32,000 nucleotides of DNA from Micrococcus luteus NCTC 2665 (GTDB lineage Bacteria > Actinomycetota > Actinomycetes > Actinomycetales > Micrococcaceae): assembly GCF_000023205.1 (NCBI RefSeq), contig NC_012803.1, positions 150,001-182,000 on the forward strand, in the 5' to 3' direction. The first letter of the stretch is position 1. Each line of letters starts with the position of its first letter. Shown here in pieces: positions 1-8,887 of the stretch. Made by a program: the position numbers and the translations under genes. Under the pieces are notes generated by a model. It searched no databases. It was not told the DNA's origin and saw only the letters and a program-made list of their open reading frames with translations.

Positions 1-237
1 GAGGACCTCCGATCTCTGGCGGTCGAGCAGGGCTACAGCCTCGAGTTGCTCCACCGAGTCACCGCAATGGCATCCGGAGGACTCGACTCGATGCCCCACA
101 ACGGGGCCGTGATCACTCTGCTCCTCGTGTGTGGCATGACGCACCGCGAGTCGTACAAGGACGTGGCGGTGATCACGCTCGTGATCCCCGTACTGGCCGT
201 CGCCGTGATCATCCTGGGGGCACTCGCCGTCGCCTGA
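1..237 (+). CDS. C-terminal fragment of a membrane permease, possibly GntP-like (5' end outside window)
   Basis: Frame 1 is open from nt 1 to the stop at 235-237. It encodes hydrophobic helices and an LDSMPHNGAVITLL...THRESYKD segment that I recall from GntP-type permease C-termini. The family call is from memory only. Confidence 0.5.
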   Translation, partial: EDLRSLAVEQGYSLELLHRVTAMASGGLDSMPHNGAVITLLLVCGMTHRESYKDVAVITLVIPVLAVAVIILGALAVA

Positions 238-301
238 CGCCGATCCGATCCGTCCCCGCGGCCGGGCGCGGCACCGCGCGTGACCGTGCCGCGCCCGGAA
301 C

Positions 302-323
302 CGTCACCGGCTGTTCACCGGAC
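302..323 (+). promoter_or_regulatory. Two tandem 11-nt PHO-box-like direct repeat units upstream of glpQ
   Basis: CGTCACCGGCT (302-312) and GTTCACCGGAC (313-323) are adjacent 11-nt units sharing the core TCACCGG. The second carries the exact GTTCACC core of Streptomyces-type PhoP boxes. They lie about 90 nt upstream of the glpQ ATG. Confidence 0.4.
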
Positions 324-413
324 GGGCCGTCTGTGGCCGGTGGGGGGCCACCCGGTCGACACCCGGATCTGGCCCACTGGAGCGGTCATCCCCCTCCCGG
401 AAAGGACCGTTCC

Positions 414-1640
414 ATGACCTCCGTCCGTCGTCACGCCGCCCGCGGCCTCGTGGCCCTCGCCGCCGCCGTCGCCGTCAGCGCCCCGCTGGCCGCCCCGGCC
501 GCCGCCGCCCCCGCCACAACGGAGGCCCCGGCTGCCGCGCAGTCCGTCGCGGGCAAGCCCGTGGTGCGCCCCGGCGTCGTGGGCCACCGTGGCGCCTCCG
601 GCTACCGCCCCGAGCACACCCTGGCCGCCTACGAGCTGGCCGCCGCCCAGGGCGCGGACGTGATCGAGCCGGACCTGGTCGCCACCAAGGACGGCGTGCT
701 CGTGGTCCGCCACGAGAACCTGATCGACGGCACCACGGACGTCGCCCAGCGACCCGAGTTCGCGGACCGCAAGACCACCAAGGTCGTCGACGGCGTGGCC
801 CTCACCGGCTGGTTCACCGAGGACTTCACCCTCGCCGAGCTCAAGACCCTGCGCGCCAAGGAGCGCCTGCCGCAGGTCCGCCCCGAGTCCGCGTCCTACG
901 ACGGCCGGTACCAGGTGCCCACCTTCGAGGAGGTGCTCGAACTGCGGGAGCGCCTCTCCACTCGGCACGGCCGGCAGATCGGCGTCATCCCCGAGATCAA
1001 GCACCCCACCTACTTCGACTCCATCGGCTTGTCCATGGAGGAGCGCGTCGTCGAGCTGCTCGACGAGCACGGCCTGAACAAGCGCAACGCCCCCGCCACC
1101 GTGCAGTCCTTCGAGCTCGCCAACCTGCGCGATCTCAACGAGAACCTCGGCCTCAAGGCCGAGACGGTGTTCCTGTCCAGCGTCAACGGCGCGCCCTACG
1201 ACTCCGTGGCCGCCGGCGACACCGTCCGCGACTACGACTTCTACGCGACCGCCGCGGGCATGCGCGAGGTCCGCGCGGCCGGCGTCGACACGCTCGGCCC
1301 GGCCTTCGCGCAGATCATCACCAAGCAGAAGGACGGCTCGATGGGTGAGGAGACCGCGTTCGTCTCCCTCGCCCACCGCGCGGGCCTCGAGGTGGTGCCG
1401 TACACCTTCCGCGCCGAGAACCAGTTCCTCTACACGGAGTTCCGCTCCTCCACGGACCCGAACGCGCAGGGCGACATGGTCGGCATGATCCAGCCGTTCC
1501 TCGACGCCGGCATCGACGGCTTCTTCACCGACCCCCCCGACCTCGGCGTGCAGGCCGTGGACACCTGGATGCAGGGCAAGAAGGAGCACCCGGGCCGGGG
1601 CGTCGGCAAGACCGCCCAGCGGGGCCTGCAGGGGCGCTGA
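414..1640 (+). CDS. glpQ: Secreted glycerophosphodiester phosphodiesterase (GDPD family), 408 aa
   Basis: GDPD motifs are present: VVGHRGASGYRPEHTLAAYE and VIEPDLVATKDGVLVVRHE. The N-terminal signal-like sequence is MTSVRRHAARGLVALAAAVAVSAPLAAPAAA. An SD-like GGAAAGGA precedes ATG 414. The upstream part of ORF 129-1640 is Arg/Pro/Gly-rich and looks non-coding. Confidence 0.9.
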   Translation: MTSVRRHAARGLVALAAAVAVSAPLAAPAAAAPATTEAPAAAQSVAGKPVVRPGVVGHRGASGYRPEHTLAAYELAAAQGADVIEPDLVATKDGVLVVRHENLIDGTTDVAQRPEFADRKTTKVVDGVALTGWFTEDFTLAELKTLRAKERLPQVRPESASYDGRYQVPTFEEVLELRERLSTRHGRQIGVIPEIKHPTYFDSIGLSMEERVVELLDEHGLNKRNAPATVQSFELANLRDLNENLGLKAETVFLSSVNGAPYDSVAAGDTVRDYDFYATAAGMREVRAAGVDTLGPAFAQIITKQKDGSMGEETAFVSLAHRAGLEVVPYTFRAENQFLYTEFRSSTDPNAQGDMVGMIQPFLDAGIDGFFTDPPDLGVQAVDTWMQGKKEHPGRGVGKTAQRGLQGR

Positions 1641-1816
1641 CCCCGTCCTGACCGGAGACGACGCCGTCGCGCCGGCCGACCCCGGCGGGCCCGAGGTCTT
1701 CCGGCGCCTCCGTCGCGGTGCTTACCTTGGCCCTCAAGACCGGTGGGCCCGGTGACGTGGACGGCCAGAAGGGTCGGCCACGAGGGGCCGCCGACCCGGA
1801 CGAAGGAAGGCACAGC

Positions 1817-2632
1817 ATGACGACGAACACGCCGAAGAACGCCCACGGCTCCTCAGCCGAGGGCCGTGACGCCAAGAACCAGGCGAAGGACAAGGCCCAG
1901 CAGGCCGCGGGCGAGGCCCAGGGCCAGGCGAAGGCCGTGGCCCACGACGCCAAGGACAAGGCCCAGGACCTCGCGGCCACCGCCAAGCACGAGGCCGGCC
2001 AGGTGAAGGACGAGGCCGCTGACCAGGTGCAGTCGCTGGTCGGCTCCGCCCAGGAGCAGGCCGGCGCGCAGGTGCAGACCCAGCAGGAGCGGCTCGCGGG
2101 CCAGATGCGCAGCTACACCGACGACCTGCACCGAGTGGTCTCCGGTGAGCAGCCGCAGACCGACCTGGTGCGCCAAGGCGTCGCCTCGGTGGCGGACCGT
2201 GCCGAGGCCCTGACGCAGCGCCTGGAGACCGCGTCCCCGCAGGACCTGCTGCAGGACGTGCGCGGCTTCGCCGCTCGCCGCCCGGGCACGTTCCTGGCCC
2301 TCGCCCTGGGCGCCGGGCTGGTGGCCGGTCGACTGACGCGCGGCATCCGCGACGCCGCCCAGCCGGACTCCGCCGCCTCCACCGCGCCGCGCCGTCACGA
2401 GACCCGTCCGGAGGCGGTGCACGCGGACGTGACTCCGCACCACCTGGACTCGCAGGCCCCGGCCTACTCGAGCGATTCGCTCGCCCAGGCCGACGGCCGC
2501 GTCGCGAGCGGTGCCGGGCCCCGTCGCGCGGCCGGCGTCGGAGACACCCCGTACGGCACGCAGGCGCCGGTCCAGCAGGGCCTGACCGCCGAGCGGCCGT
2601 TCGACCAGACCCGGCCCGGGGGTGACGCATGA
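1817..2632 (+). CDS. Hypothetical membrane-anchored protein with Lys/Ala/Gln/Asp amphipathic (LEA/apolipoprotein-like) repeats, 271 aa
   Basis: A strong SD (GAAGGAAGG, 1802-1810) precedes ATG 1817. Third-position GC drops upstream of 1817. The N-terminal half is repetitive (AKNQAKDKAQQAAGEAQGQAKAVAHDAKDKAQD...). There is one TM segment (GTFLALALGAGLVAG) and a Pro/Ala-rich tail. The stop overlaps the next start as ATGA. Confidence 0.7.
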   Translation: MTTNTPKNAHGSSAEGRDAKNQAKDKAQQAAGEAQGQAKAVAHDAKDKAQDLAATAKHEAGQVKDEAADQVQSLVGSAQEQAGAQVQTQQERLAGQMRSYTDDLHRVVSGEQPQTDLVRQGVASVADRAEALTQRLETASPQDLLQDVRGFAARRPGTFLALALGAGLVAGRLTRGIRDAAQPDSAASTAPRRHETRPEAVHADVTPHHLDSQAPAYSSDSLAQADGRVASGAGPRRAAGVGDTPYGTQAPVQQGLTAERPFDQTRPGGDA

Positions 2633-3096
2633 GCACCGCCCACGAATCGTTCCGCGACGCGACGCCGCACTCCGGCGCGCACACCCCGCCGCCCACGCAG
2701 GCGGAGTTCCGCGCCGAGCACGAGAGCCTCGGCGAGATGTTCCAGAGCCTGTCGGCCAAGCTGTCGAGGCTGGTCAGCCAGGAGATCGCCCTGGCCAAGG
2801 CCGAGGCCACCGAGTCCGCGAAGAAGGCCGGCAGGGGGGCGGGCCTGCTGGCCGGCGCCGCCGTCGGCGGCTTCTTCCTGCTGATGTTCCTGTCCCTGGC
2901 CCTGATGCACCTGCTCGACGTGTTCCTGCCGATCGGCTGGGCCGCGTTGATCGTGGCCGTGCTGTGGGGCGTCGTCGCGGCCGTGCTGGCCGTGCAGGGC
3001 AAGAAGGACATCGAGAAGATCAAGGGTCTGCCGCAGACCCAGGAGACGCTTCAGGAGATCCCCGAGACCCTGAACCCCGCGAAGGAGACGCGATGA
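2629..3096 (+). CDS. Holin-X-like (phage holin 3_6 family-like) small membrane protein, 155 aa
   Basis: An amphipathic segment (LSRLVSQEIALAKAEATESAKKAG) is followed by two TM helices (LLAGAAVGGFFLLMFLSLALM and IGWAALIVAVLWGVVAAVLAV), the layout I recall for the actinobacterial Holin-X family. ATGA overlaps occur at both ends (2629-2632 and 3093-3096). Confidence 0.7.
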   Translation: MSTAHESFRDATPHSGAHTPPPTQAEFRAEHESLGEMFQSLSAKLSRLVSQEIALAKAEATESAKKAGRGAGLLAGAAVGGFFLLMFLSLALMHLLDVFLPIGWAALIVAVLWGVVAAVLAVQGKKDIEKIKGLPQTQETLQEIPETLNPAKETR

Positions 3097-3791
3097 CCAC
3101 GAGCAACAACCCCGATGAGATCCGCGCCGACATCGAGCGCACGCGCCGCGAGCTCGGCCAGGACGTGGACGCCCTCGCCGAGAAGGTGAGCCCCACGAAG
3201 GCCGTGTCCCGGCAGACCAACCGCATCAAGGACGGCTTCATCCACGCGAAGGAGAACATCATGGGCTCCCCCGAGCAGCACCGCCACGAGCCCTCGCTGG
3301 GCGACCGTGCCCACGGGGTGCTCGACGACGCCCAGGCCTCCGCGTACGGCGCGGCCGGCCAGGCCCAGGACCGCCTGGGCGAGGCGGGCGACCGCGTGTC
3401 CGAGTGGGCCGACGACGCCCAGCACGCCCTGCACCAGGCCCCGGCTCAGCTGCGCGGCCGCACTGCGGGCAACCCACTGGCCGCCGGGGTGATCGCCTTC
3501 GGCGCCGGCCTGCTGCTCAGCTCGCTGATCCCCGCCTCGCGAGTGGAGCAGCGCGCCGCGGAGGGCCTCAAGGACCAGGCCGCCCCGCTGGTGGACGAGG
3601 CCAAGCAGGCCGTCCAGCAGCTGCGCGAGGACCTCGAGCCCGCCGCCCGCGAGGCCGCCGGGAGCGTGAAGGAGTCGGCCGCTGAGGCCGCTTCCCACCT
3701 CAAGGACCAGGGCACGGACACGGCGCAGGACCTCAAGGCGGAGTCCCAGGACGCCGCCCGCCAGGTGAAGGACACGGCGAAGAACGCCTGA
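3093..3791 (+). CDS. DUF3618-like membrane protein with C-terminal amphipathic repeats, 232 aa
   Basis: The N-terminus (NPDEIRADIERTRRELGQDVDALAEKVSPTKAV) matches the DUF3618 pattern as I recall it. There is one TM (NPLAAGVIAFGAGLLLSSLIP). A repeat-rich tail follows (KDQAAPLVDEAKQAVQQLREDLEPAAREAAGSVKESAAEAASHLKD...). Confidence 0.7.
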   Translation: MTTSNNPDEIRADIERTRRELGQDVDALAEKVSPTKAVSRQTNRIKDGFIHAKENIMGSPEQHRHEPSLGDRAHGVLDDAQASAYGAAGQAQDRLGEAGDRVSEWADDAQHALHQAPAQLRGRTAGNPLAAGVIAFGAGLLLSSLIPASRVEQRAAEGLKDQAAPLVDEAKQAVQQLREDLEPAAREAAGSVKESAAEAASHLKDQGTDTAQDLKAESQDAARQVKDTAKNA

Positions 3792-3854
3792 TCCGACCCG
3801 AGCACGACGCCGGCCGGTGTTGTGCCCGCTGGCGGACCCTGTCGGCCCCGTGCC

Positions 3855-3860
3855 TAGACT
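3855..3860 (+). promoter_or_regulatory. -10 hexamer TAGACT, 6 nt upstream of the panC GTG (leaderless-type promoter)
   Basis: A TANNNT hexamer sits 6 nt before the start codon, and no SD lies between them. Confidence 0.5.
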
Positions 3861-3866
3861 CGGACG

Positions 3867-4898
3867 GTGACCCCTCTCGACCGCGTCCCCGACCAGCGTC
3901 CCGTCCCCGCCGGCACCGGCCTCACCCTCGAGGACGCCCTCCCCGCTCCCGTGGAGTCCGAGGCCGACGGCGTCTCCGCGCGCCCGCGTCTGGCCCGGAC
4001 CGTCGCCGAGATGCGCTCGGCTCTCCGTGAGCTCGTCGCCCATGCCACGGACGACGGCGACGCCGAGCCCGTCACCGTCGGCCTGGTCCCCACGATGGGC
4101 GCCCTCCACGGCGGCCACGCGGCCCTGGTGCGGCGGGCCCGCGCCGAGAACGATGTCGTCGCGGTCAGCATCTTCGTGAACCCGCTCCAGTTCGGCGATC
4201 CGGCCGACCTGGAGCACTACCCGCGCACCCTCGACGCGGACCTGGACCTGCTGGCGGCGGCGGGTGCCGACGTCGTGTTCGCCCCGGACGTGCAGGAGAT
4301 GTACCCGGGCTACCCGGACGCGCCGATCGTCACCGTCTCCGCCGGCCGCATGGGGGAAGTGCTCGAGGGCGCCTCCCGCCCGGGCCACTTCGACGGCGTG
4401 GCCACCGTCGTGGCGAAGCTGTGGAACATCGCGCGCCCGGCGGTGCCGGCCCTGCGCAGCTACTTCGGCCAGAAGGACGCGCAGCAGCTCACCGTCCTGC
4501 GCCGCCTGGCCACGGACCTCGACATCGACGTCGACGTCCGCGCCGTACCCATCGTCCGCTCGCCCGAGGGCCTCGCGCTCTCCAGCCGCAACACCCGCCT
4601 GGACGCCGCGGGCCTGGAACACGCGCTCGTCCTCAGCCGCGCCCTGCGCTCCCTGGCCGACGCCGCGGCGGCCGGTGAGCCCGTCGACGTCCAGGCCGCG
4701 CGCCGGATGGTCGAGGACGAGCCGGGCGTCGAGCTGGACCACCTCGTGGTGGTGGACCGGGACACCTTCGCCGAGCTCGGTCCGGAGCTGCTGTGCCAGC
4801 CGCTGCGCCGCGAGGCCCTCGCCCTCGTGGCCGCGCACGTGCCGCCCGTCCGGTTGATCGACACCATGGTGCTGCCCGCCGCGGGGCCGCTGCCGTGA
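3867..4898 (+). CDS. panC: Pantoate--beta-alanine ligase, 343 aa
   Basis: The signature [15 protein letters not shown] is present, and the rest is PanC-like ([16 protein letters not shown]). Third-position GC is very high from GTG 3867 onward, which supports the long N-terminus. An internal ATG at 4009 is a possible alternative start. Confidence 0.9.
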   Translation: MTPLDRVPDQRPVPAGTGLTLEDALPAPVESEADGVSARPRLARTVAEMRSALRELVAHATDDGDAEPVTVGLVPTMGALHGGHAALVRRARAENDVVAVSIFVNPLQFGDPADLEHYPRTLDADLDLLAAAGADVVFAPDVQEMYPGYPDAPIVTVSAGRMGEVLEGASRPGHFDGVATVVAKLWNIARPAVPALRSYFGQKDAQQLTVLRRLATDLDIDVDVRAVPIVRSPEGLALSSRNTRLDAAGLEHALVLSRALRSLADAAAAGEPVDVQAARRMVEDEPGVELDHLVVVDRDTFAELGPELLCQPLRREALALVAAHVPPVRLIDTMVLPAAGPLP

Positions 4899-5593
4899 CC
4901 CCGGAGCGTCTCGCCGGCGCCTTCGACGGCCCCTCGCCCGCGCTCGCCGCGACGCTGCTGGGGTGCCGGCTGACCGTCGTCGCCCCGGACGGCGCCGTCA
5001 CCGTGCGGCTGACCGAGACCGAGGCGTACGGGAACGCGGGCGCAGACCCCGGCGCCCACTCGTTCCGCGGTCGCACCGAGCGCAATGCCGCGCTGTTCGG
5101 GCCGCCGCGGCGCACGTACGTGTACCTGAACTACGGGATCCACCGCTGCCTGAACCTGGTGGGCCACCCCGAGGGGGAGGCCGGCGGTGTGCTGCTGCGT
5201 GCGGCCGAGGTGCTCGCGGGAGGGGACCTCGCGGTGGCCCGCCGCGGCCGGGACACCGGCCCCAAGCTGCTCTCCGGTCCGGGCAACCTCGGCCAGGGCC
5301 TCGGCATCACCCTGGAGATGGGCCACGCGCCCGTGGAGATCGTCGCCGCGCCGCCGGAGGTGGCCGACGACGGCGGCACCTCGGCCCGCCTCGCCGCGCC
5401 GGCCGCGCCCGCCCGCTTCCTCCTGGCCCCGCCCGCGCCCCGCGATCCGGCCGACCCGCCGATCGAGGTCGTGACGGGCCCGCGCGTCGGCGTCTCGGGG
5501 GAGGGCGGCTCCGTGCGCTTCCCGTGGCGGTTCAGCGTGGCCGGCCACCGCAGCGTGTCCGCGTTCCGGCGTGGCCGCAACGTGCCGGACTGA
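4895..5593 (+). CDS. mpg: DNA-3-methyladenine glycosylase (Mpg/AAG family), 232 aa
   Basis: Conserved Mpg segments are present: [60 protein letters not shown] and [14 protein letters not shown] 4895 overlaps the panC stop as GTGA. Confidence 0.85.
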   Translation: MTPERLAGAFDGPSPALAATLLGCRLTVVAPDGAVTVRLTETEAYGNAGADPGAHSFRGRTERNAALFGPPRRTYVYLNYGIHRCLNLVGHPEGEAGGVLLRAAEVLAGGDLAVARRGRDTGPKLLSGPGNLGQGLGITLEMGHAPVEIVAAPPEVADDGGTSARLAAPAAPARFLLAPPAPRDPADPPIEVVTGPRVGVSGEGGSVRFPWRFSVAGHRSVSAFRRGRNVPD

Positions 5594-5628
5594 GCTTCAG
5601 ACCTTGTCGACCGCCCCGGCCCCGTGCC

Positions 5629-5634
5629 TAGGTT
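5629..5634 (+). promoter_or_regulatory. -10 hexamer TAGGTT, 6 nt upstream of ATG 5641 (leaderless-type promoter)
   Basis: A TANNNT hexamer is followed by a 6-nt spacer and no SD. The 14 nt GGCCCCGTGCCTAG (5618-5631) is identical to the panC promoter. Confidence 0.5.
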
Positions 5635-5640
5635 GATCCC

Positions 5641-6123
5641 ATGACCGAGATGAACAAGACCGCCCACGGCGAGACCCAGCAGACCGTCACCCGGACCATC
5701 GACGCGTCCGCCAAGGACGTGTTCGACTTCCTGACCCTGCCCGCGAACCATGCGAAGTTCGACGGCTCGGGCATGGTGCAGTCGGACGACAAGACCCAGC
5801 GCATCCAGAAGGTCGGCGACGTGTTCACCATGAACATGCACGCGGAGCACATGGGTGGCGACTACCAGACCGACAACCACGTGGTCGCCTACGACCCGAA
5901 CAAGCTGGTCGGCTGGAAGACCGCCCCCGCCGGCACCGAGCCCAAGGGCTGGCAGTGGGTCTACCGGCTCGAGGACAACGGCTCCGGCAGCACGGACGTG
6001 TCCCTCACCTACGACTGGACCGCCGTGACCGACCCGGAGCTGCTGGAGAAGAACCTCTTCCCGATGGTCTCCGAAGAGCAGATGGAGGAGTCGCTCGCGA
6101 AGCTGGCCTCCGAGGTCGGCTGA
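5641..6123 (+). CDS. SRPBCC (START/polyketide cyclase-dehydrase-like) family protein, 160 aa
   Basis: The size and pattern (TVTRTIDASAKDVFDFL...DYQTDNHVVAYDPNKLVGW...) are typical of small SRPBCC proteins. The family call comes from pattern recognition only. Confidence 0.65.
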   Translation: MTEMNKTAHGETQQTVTRTIDASAKDVFDFLTLPANHAKFDGSGMVQSDDKTQRIQKVGDVFTMNMHAEHMGGDYQTDNHVVAYDPNKLVGWKTAPAGTEPKGWQWVYRLEDNGSGSTDVSLTYDWTAVTDPELLEKNLFPMVSEEQMEESLAKLASEVG

Positions 6124-6171
6124 CCCCCGCCTCCCGACGGCGGCCCCCGGCTCGGCCGTCCCCACGACCAC

Positions 6172-6200
6172 GGGCACGCACCCGACCAGGGTGCGTGCCC
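6172..6200 (+). terminator. Intrinsic terminator hairpin after the SRPBCC gene
   Basis: A perfect 12-bp stem pairs GGGCACGCACCC (6172-6183) with GGGTGCGTGCCC (6189-6200). The loop is GACCA, and a T-containing tail GTCGTCGTGT follows. Confidence 0.65.
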
Positions 6201-6223
6201 GTCGTCGTGTCCGGTGTCACGGC

Positions 6224-6229
6224 TAGAGT
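6224..6229 (+). promoter_or_regulatory. Candidate -10 hexamer TAGAGT for the M13 peptidase gene (leadered, about 38-nt 5' UTR with SD)
   Basis: A TANNNT hexamer lies downstream of the terminator. The SD AGGAGG (6261-6266) precedes GTG 6274. Confidence 0.35.
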
Positions 6230-6273
6230 GCCGTGCGAGACCGTCCCACCCCCCACGTCCAGGAGGATCCGCC

Positions 6274-8337
6274 GTGACCGCCACCGCCGAGCCCGAAGTC
6301 CCGTCGCCGCGCGAGGACCTGTACCGCCACGTCAACGCCGGGTGGATGGACACCCACGAGATCCCCGCGGACCAGGGCGCCTACGGCGCGTTCCTCGAGC
6401 TGCGGGATGCGGCCGAGCTCGCCGTCCGGCACCTGTGCGAGGACGCCGTGCGCGAGGTCGGCACGGGCTTCGACCCCGCCCAGGCGCGTGTGCAGGCGAC
6501 GGCGGCGGCCGGTGCGCATCGGGACGCCCCACTCGCCCCGCTGGACGAGGAGGACGCGGAGGGCACGGAGCATCCGGAGCTCAAGCGCCGGATCGCCGCG
6601 CTGTACGCCTCCTTCATGGACGACGAGACCGTGGAGGCCCGCGGCCTCGAGCCGATCGCCTCGGACCTGGCGGCGGTGGCCACCGTGTCCACCCCCGCGG
6701 ACCTGCTCACCCTGTCCGGGCTACTGCAGCGCCAGGGCGTCTCCGGCCTCATCAACACCGGCGCCCTCAACGACGCCGGGAACCCGGACCGCATGCTCCT
6801 GCACCTGCTCCAGGGCGGCCTGGGCCTGCCGGACGAGTCCTACTACCGGGACGAGGCCTACGCCGAGATCCTCGCGCAGTACACCGAGCACACCGGCCGC
6901 CTGCTGGCACTGGCCGGGATCGGCGCGGACCGGGACGAGGCTGCCGCGCTGGGCGCCCGGGTGGTGGAGCTGGAGAAGCGCATCGCCGCCCTGCACTGGG
7001 ACGTGGTCCGCACCCGGGACGCCGTGGCCCGCTACAACCTCATGACCCACGACCGGCTGACGGAGCTCTTCCCCCTGGCCGACGCCTGGCTCGAGGGCGT
7101 GGACGCCGCGGGCGAGCGCGCCGCGGAGGTCGTGGTGTGGCAGCCGGACTTCCTCTCCGGTGTGCAGGAGCTGCTCGAGGGCCCCGAGGCCGCCGACCTC
7201 GAGGACTGGCGATACTGGCTGATCCTGCAGGTGCTGCGCTCCTTCGCCGGGTTCCTGCCGGACGCGTTCGTGCAGGAGAACTTCTCCTTCTACGGACGCC
7301 GCCTGGCCGGCACCGAGGAGGTCCGTCCCCGCTGGAAGCGCGCGGTCGCGTTCGTCAACGGGGCGGCCGGCGAGGACGTGGCGCAGCTCTACGTGGCCCG
7401 CCACTTCCCGCAGGGTCACGTGGCCGCGATGGACGAGCTCGTGGGCCTGCTCCGGGAGGCCTACCGCCGGTCCATCGAGGAGCTCGAGTGGATGGGGGAG
7501 GAGACCCGTCAGCGGGCGCTCGAGAAGCTGGCGATGTTTCGCCCCATGGTGGGCTACCCCTCGAAGTGGCTCGACTACTCCGCCCTCGAGGTCCACGCCG
7601 GCGACCTGCTGGGCAACGCCCGCTCCTCCTCGGAACTCGAGTGGGAGCGGGACCTGCGCAAGATCGCGGACGGGCCGGACCCGGAGGAGTGGCACATGAC
7701 GCCGCAGACGGTGAACGCGTACTACTCCCCGCTCGAGAACGCCATCGTCTTCCCGGCCGCCATCCTGCAGCCCCCGTTCTTCGACCCCGAGGCCTCGATG
7801 GCCGCGAACCTGGGGGCGATCGGCGCCGTGATCGGCCACGAGATCGGCCACGGATTCGACGACCAGGGCTCGCGGTACGACGGCGCCGGCCGGCTCGAGG
7901 ACTGGTGGACCGAGGAGGACCGCGCGGCGTTCACCGAGCGCACCTCCCGGCTGGTGGCCCAGTACAACGCGCTCTCCCCGGCCGAGGCCCCGGACCACCG
8001 CGTCAACGGCGAGTTCACCCTGGGGGAGAATATCGGCGACCTCGGCGGCCTGGGCATCGCCCACCGCGCCTTGGAGATCTGGCGGGACGAGGGCGACGGC
8101 GCCTCCCTCGACGCCGCGGCGGGGGACCGCGAGTTCTTCACCGCCTGGGCCACCGTGTGGCGTCAGCTCACGCGACCGGAGGCCATGGTCACCCGCATCG
8201 CCTCGGACCCGCACTCGCCCAACGAGTTCCGCTGCAACCAGGTGGTCAAGAACATCGACGCCTTCCACGAGGCGTTCGGCACGCGCGAGGGGGACCCCAT
8301 GTGGCTGGCCCCGGAGGAGCGGGTCACCATCTGGTGA
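6274..8337 (+). CDS. pepO: M13 family zinc metallopeptidase (PepO / endothelin-converting-enzyme-like), 687 aa
   Basis: The zinc motif VIGHEIGHGFD and the downstream GENIGDLGG (ExxxD region) are present, along with NAYYSPLENAIVFPAAILQPPFF. GTG 6274 is preceded by AGGAGG. No signal peptide or TM is visible. Confidence 0.9.
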   Translation: MTATAEPEVPSPREDLYRHVNAGWMDTHEIPADQGAYGAFLELRDAAELAVRHLCEDAVREVGTGFDPAQARVQATAAAGAHRDAPLAPLDEEDAEGTEHPELKRRIAALYASFMDDETVEARGLEPIASDLAAVATVSTPADLLTLSGLLQRQGVSGLINTGALNDAGNPDRMLLHLLQGGLGLPDESYYRDEAYAEILAQYTEHTGRLLALAGIGADRDEAAALGARVVELEKRIAALHWDVVRTRDAVARYNLMTHDRLTELFPLADAWLEGVDAAGERAAEVVVWQPDFLSGVQELLEGPEAADLEDWRYWLILQVLRSFAGFLPDAFVQENFSFYGRRLAGTEEVRPRWKRAVAFVNGAAGEDVAQLYVARHFPQGHVAAMDELVGLLREAYRRSIEELEWMGEETRQRALEKLAMFRPMVGYPSKWLDYSALEVHAGDLLGNARSSSELEWERDLRKIADGPDPEEWHMTPQTVNAYYSPLENAIVFPAAILQPPFFDPEASMAANLGAIGAVIGHEIGHGFDDQGSRYDGAGRLEDWWTEEDRAAFTERTSRLVAQYNALSPAEAPDHRVNGEFTLGENIGDLGGLGIAHRALEIWRDEGDGASLDAAAGDREFFTAWATVWRQLTRPEAMVTRIASDPHSPNEFRCNQVVKNIDAFHEAFGTREGDPMWLAPEERVTIW

Positions 8338-8345
8338 TCCCGCAC

Positions 8346-8374
8346 GCCGGCCGGGCCCCGCGGGTCCGGCCGGC
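8346..8374. terminator. Bidirectional GC-rich hairpin between the convergent pepO and marR genes
   Basis: GCCGGCCGG (8346-8354) pairs with CCGGCCGGC (8366-8374). The stem extends inward (G-U, then C-G x3) to about 13 bp with a 3-nt loop. Confidence 0.55.
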
Positions 8375-8377
8375 GGC

Positions 8378-8887
8378 TCACTCGGACTCGGCGGGGTCCT
8401 GCATCCGGGTCTGCCGTTCGGCGGCCAGCCGGTCCAGCAGGCGCGTCAGCGTCCGGATGTCCGCGCGGTCCCAGCGCGCCAGGTCGTCGCGCAGCCCGCG
8501 ACCCGCCGGGCCGCCGCGCACCGCGTCGAGGCGGGCGAGCCCCTCGGGGCTGGCCCTCAGGAGGGCGGAGCGGCGGTCCCGCGGGTCCGGCTCGCGGGTG
8601 ATCAGCCCGGCGGCCTCGAGGTCGCGGACCATACGGGAGACCTGGGCGCGGTCCACCAGCATGCCCTCGGCCACGGCCGAGGGCGTCATGGTCCCCTCGT
8701 TGGCCAGCATCATGAACGCCTTCATCGCCCCGACGGACAGGGCCGGGCTGAGGGCCGCCGCGTAGCGGGCCATCACCTGGCGGTGCTGCAGGACCAGACG
8801 CGAGAACGCCTGTTCGAGCCCCTGGACGGCGGCCTCGAAGCCCGCGTCGTCGCCGCCTCTGCCCGGGCCCGGGGCGCCGTCAGCCAC
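8378..8887 (-). CDS. MarR family transcriptional regulator, 169 aa
   Basis: A winged-helix MarR pattern is present: MTPSAVAEGMLVDRAQVSRMVRDLEAAGLITREPDPRDRRSALLRASPEG. The GTG start overlaps the stop of the upstream MFS gene (GTGGCTGA, 8880-8887). Confidence 0.85.
   Translation of the reverse strand: MADGAPGPGRGGDDAGFEAAVQGLEQAFSRLVLQHRQVMARYAAALSPALSVGAMKAFMMLANEGTMTPSAVAEGMLVDRAQVSRMVRDLEAAGLITREPDPRDRRSALLRASPEGLARLDAVRGGPAGRGLRDDLARWDRADIRTLTRLLDRLAAERQTRMQDPAESE

Noticed and set aside
2629-3096. The Holin-X-like protein, considered as part of a prophage lysis cassette.
   Set aside because: No endolysin, spanin, terminase, capsid, integrase or other phage gene lies nearby. The flanking genes are chromosomal housekeeping genes. 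The gene is translationally coupled to two non-phage-like repeat proteins.
5955-8765. A 936-aa plus-strand ORF spanning the end of the SRPBCC gene, the whole M13 peptidase region and part of marR.
   Set aside because: It is out of frame with the HEIGH-containing peptidase frame and runs through a strong terminator hairpin and an SD/start region. Its product is an Arg/Pro/Gly-rich low-complexity string with no motifs.
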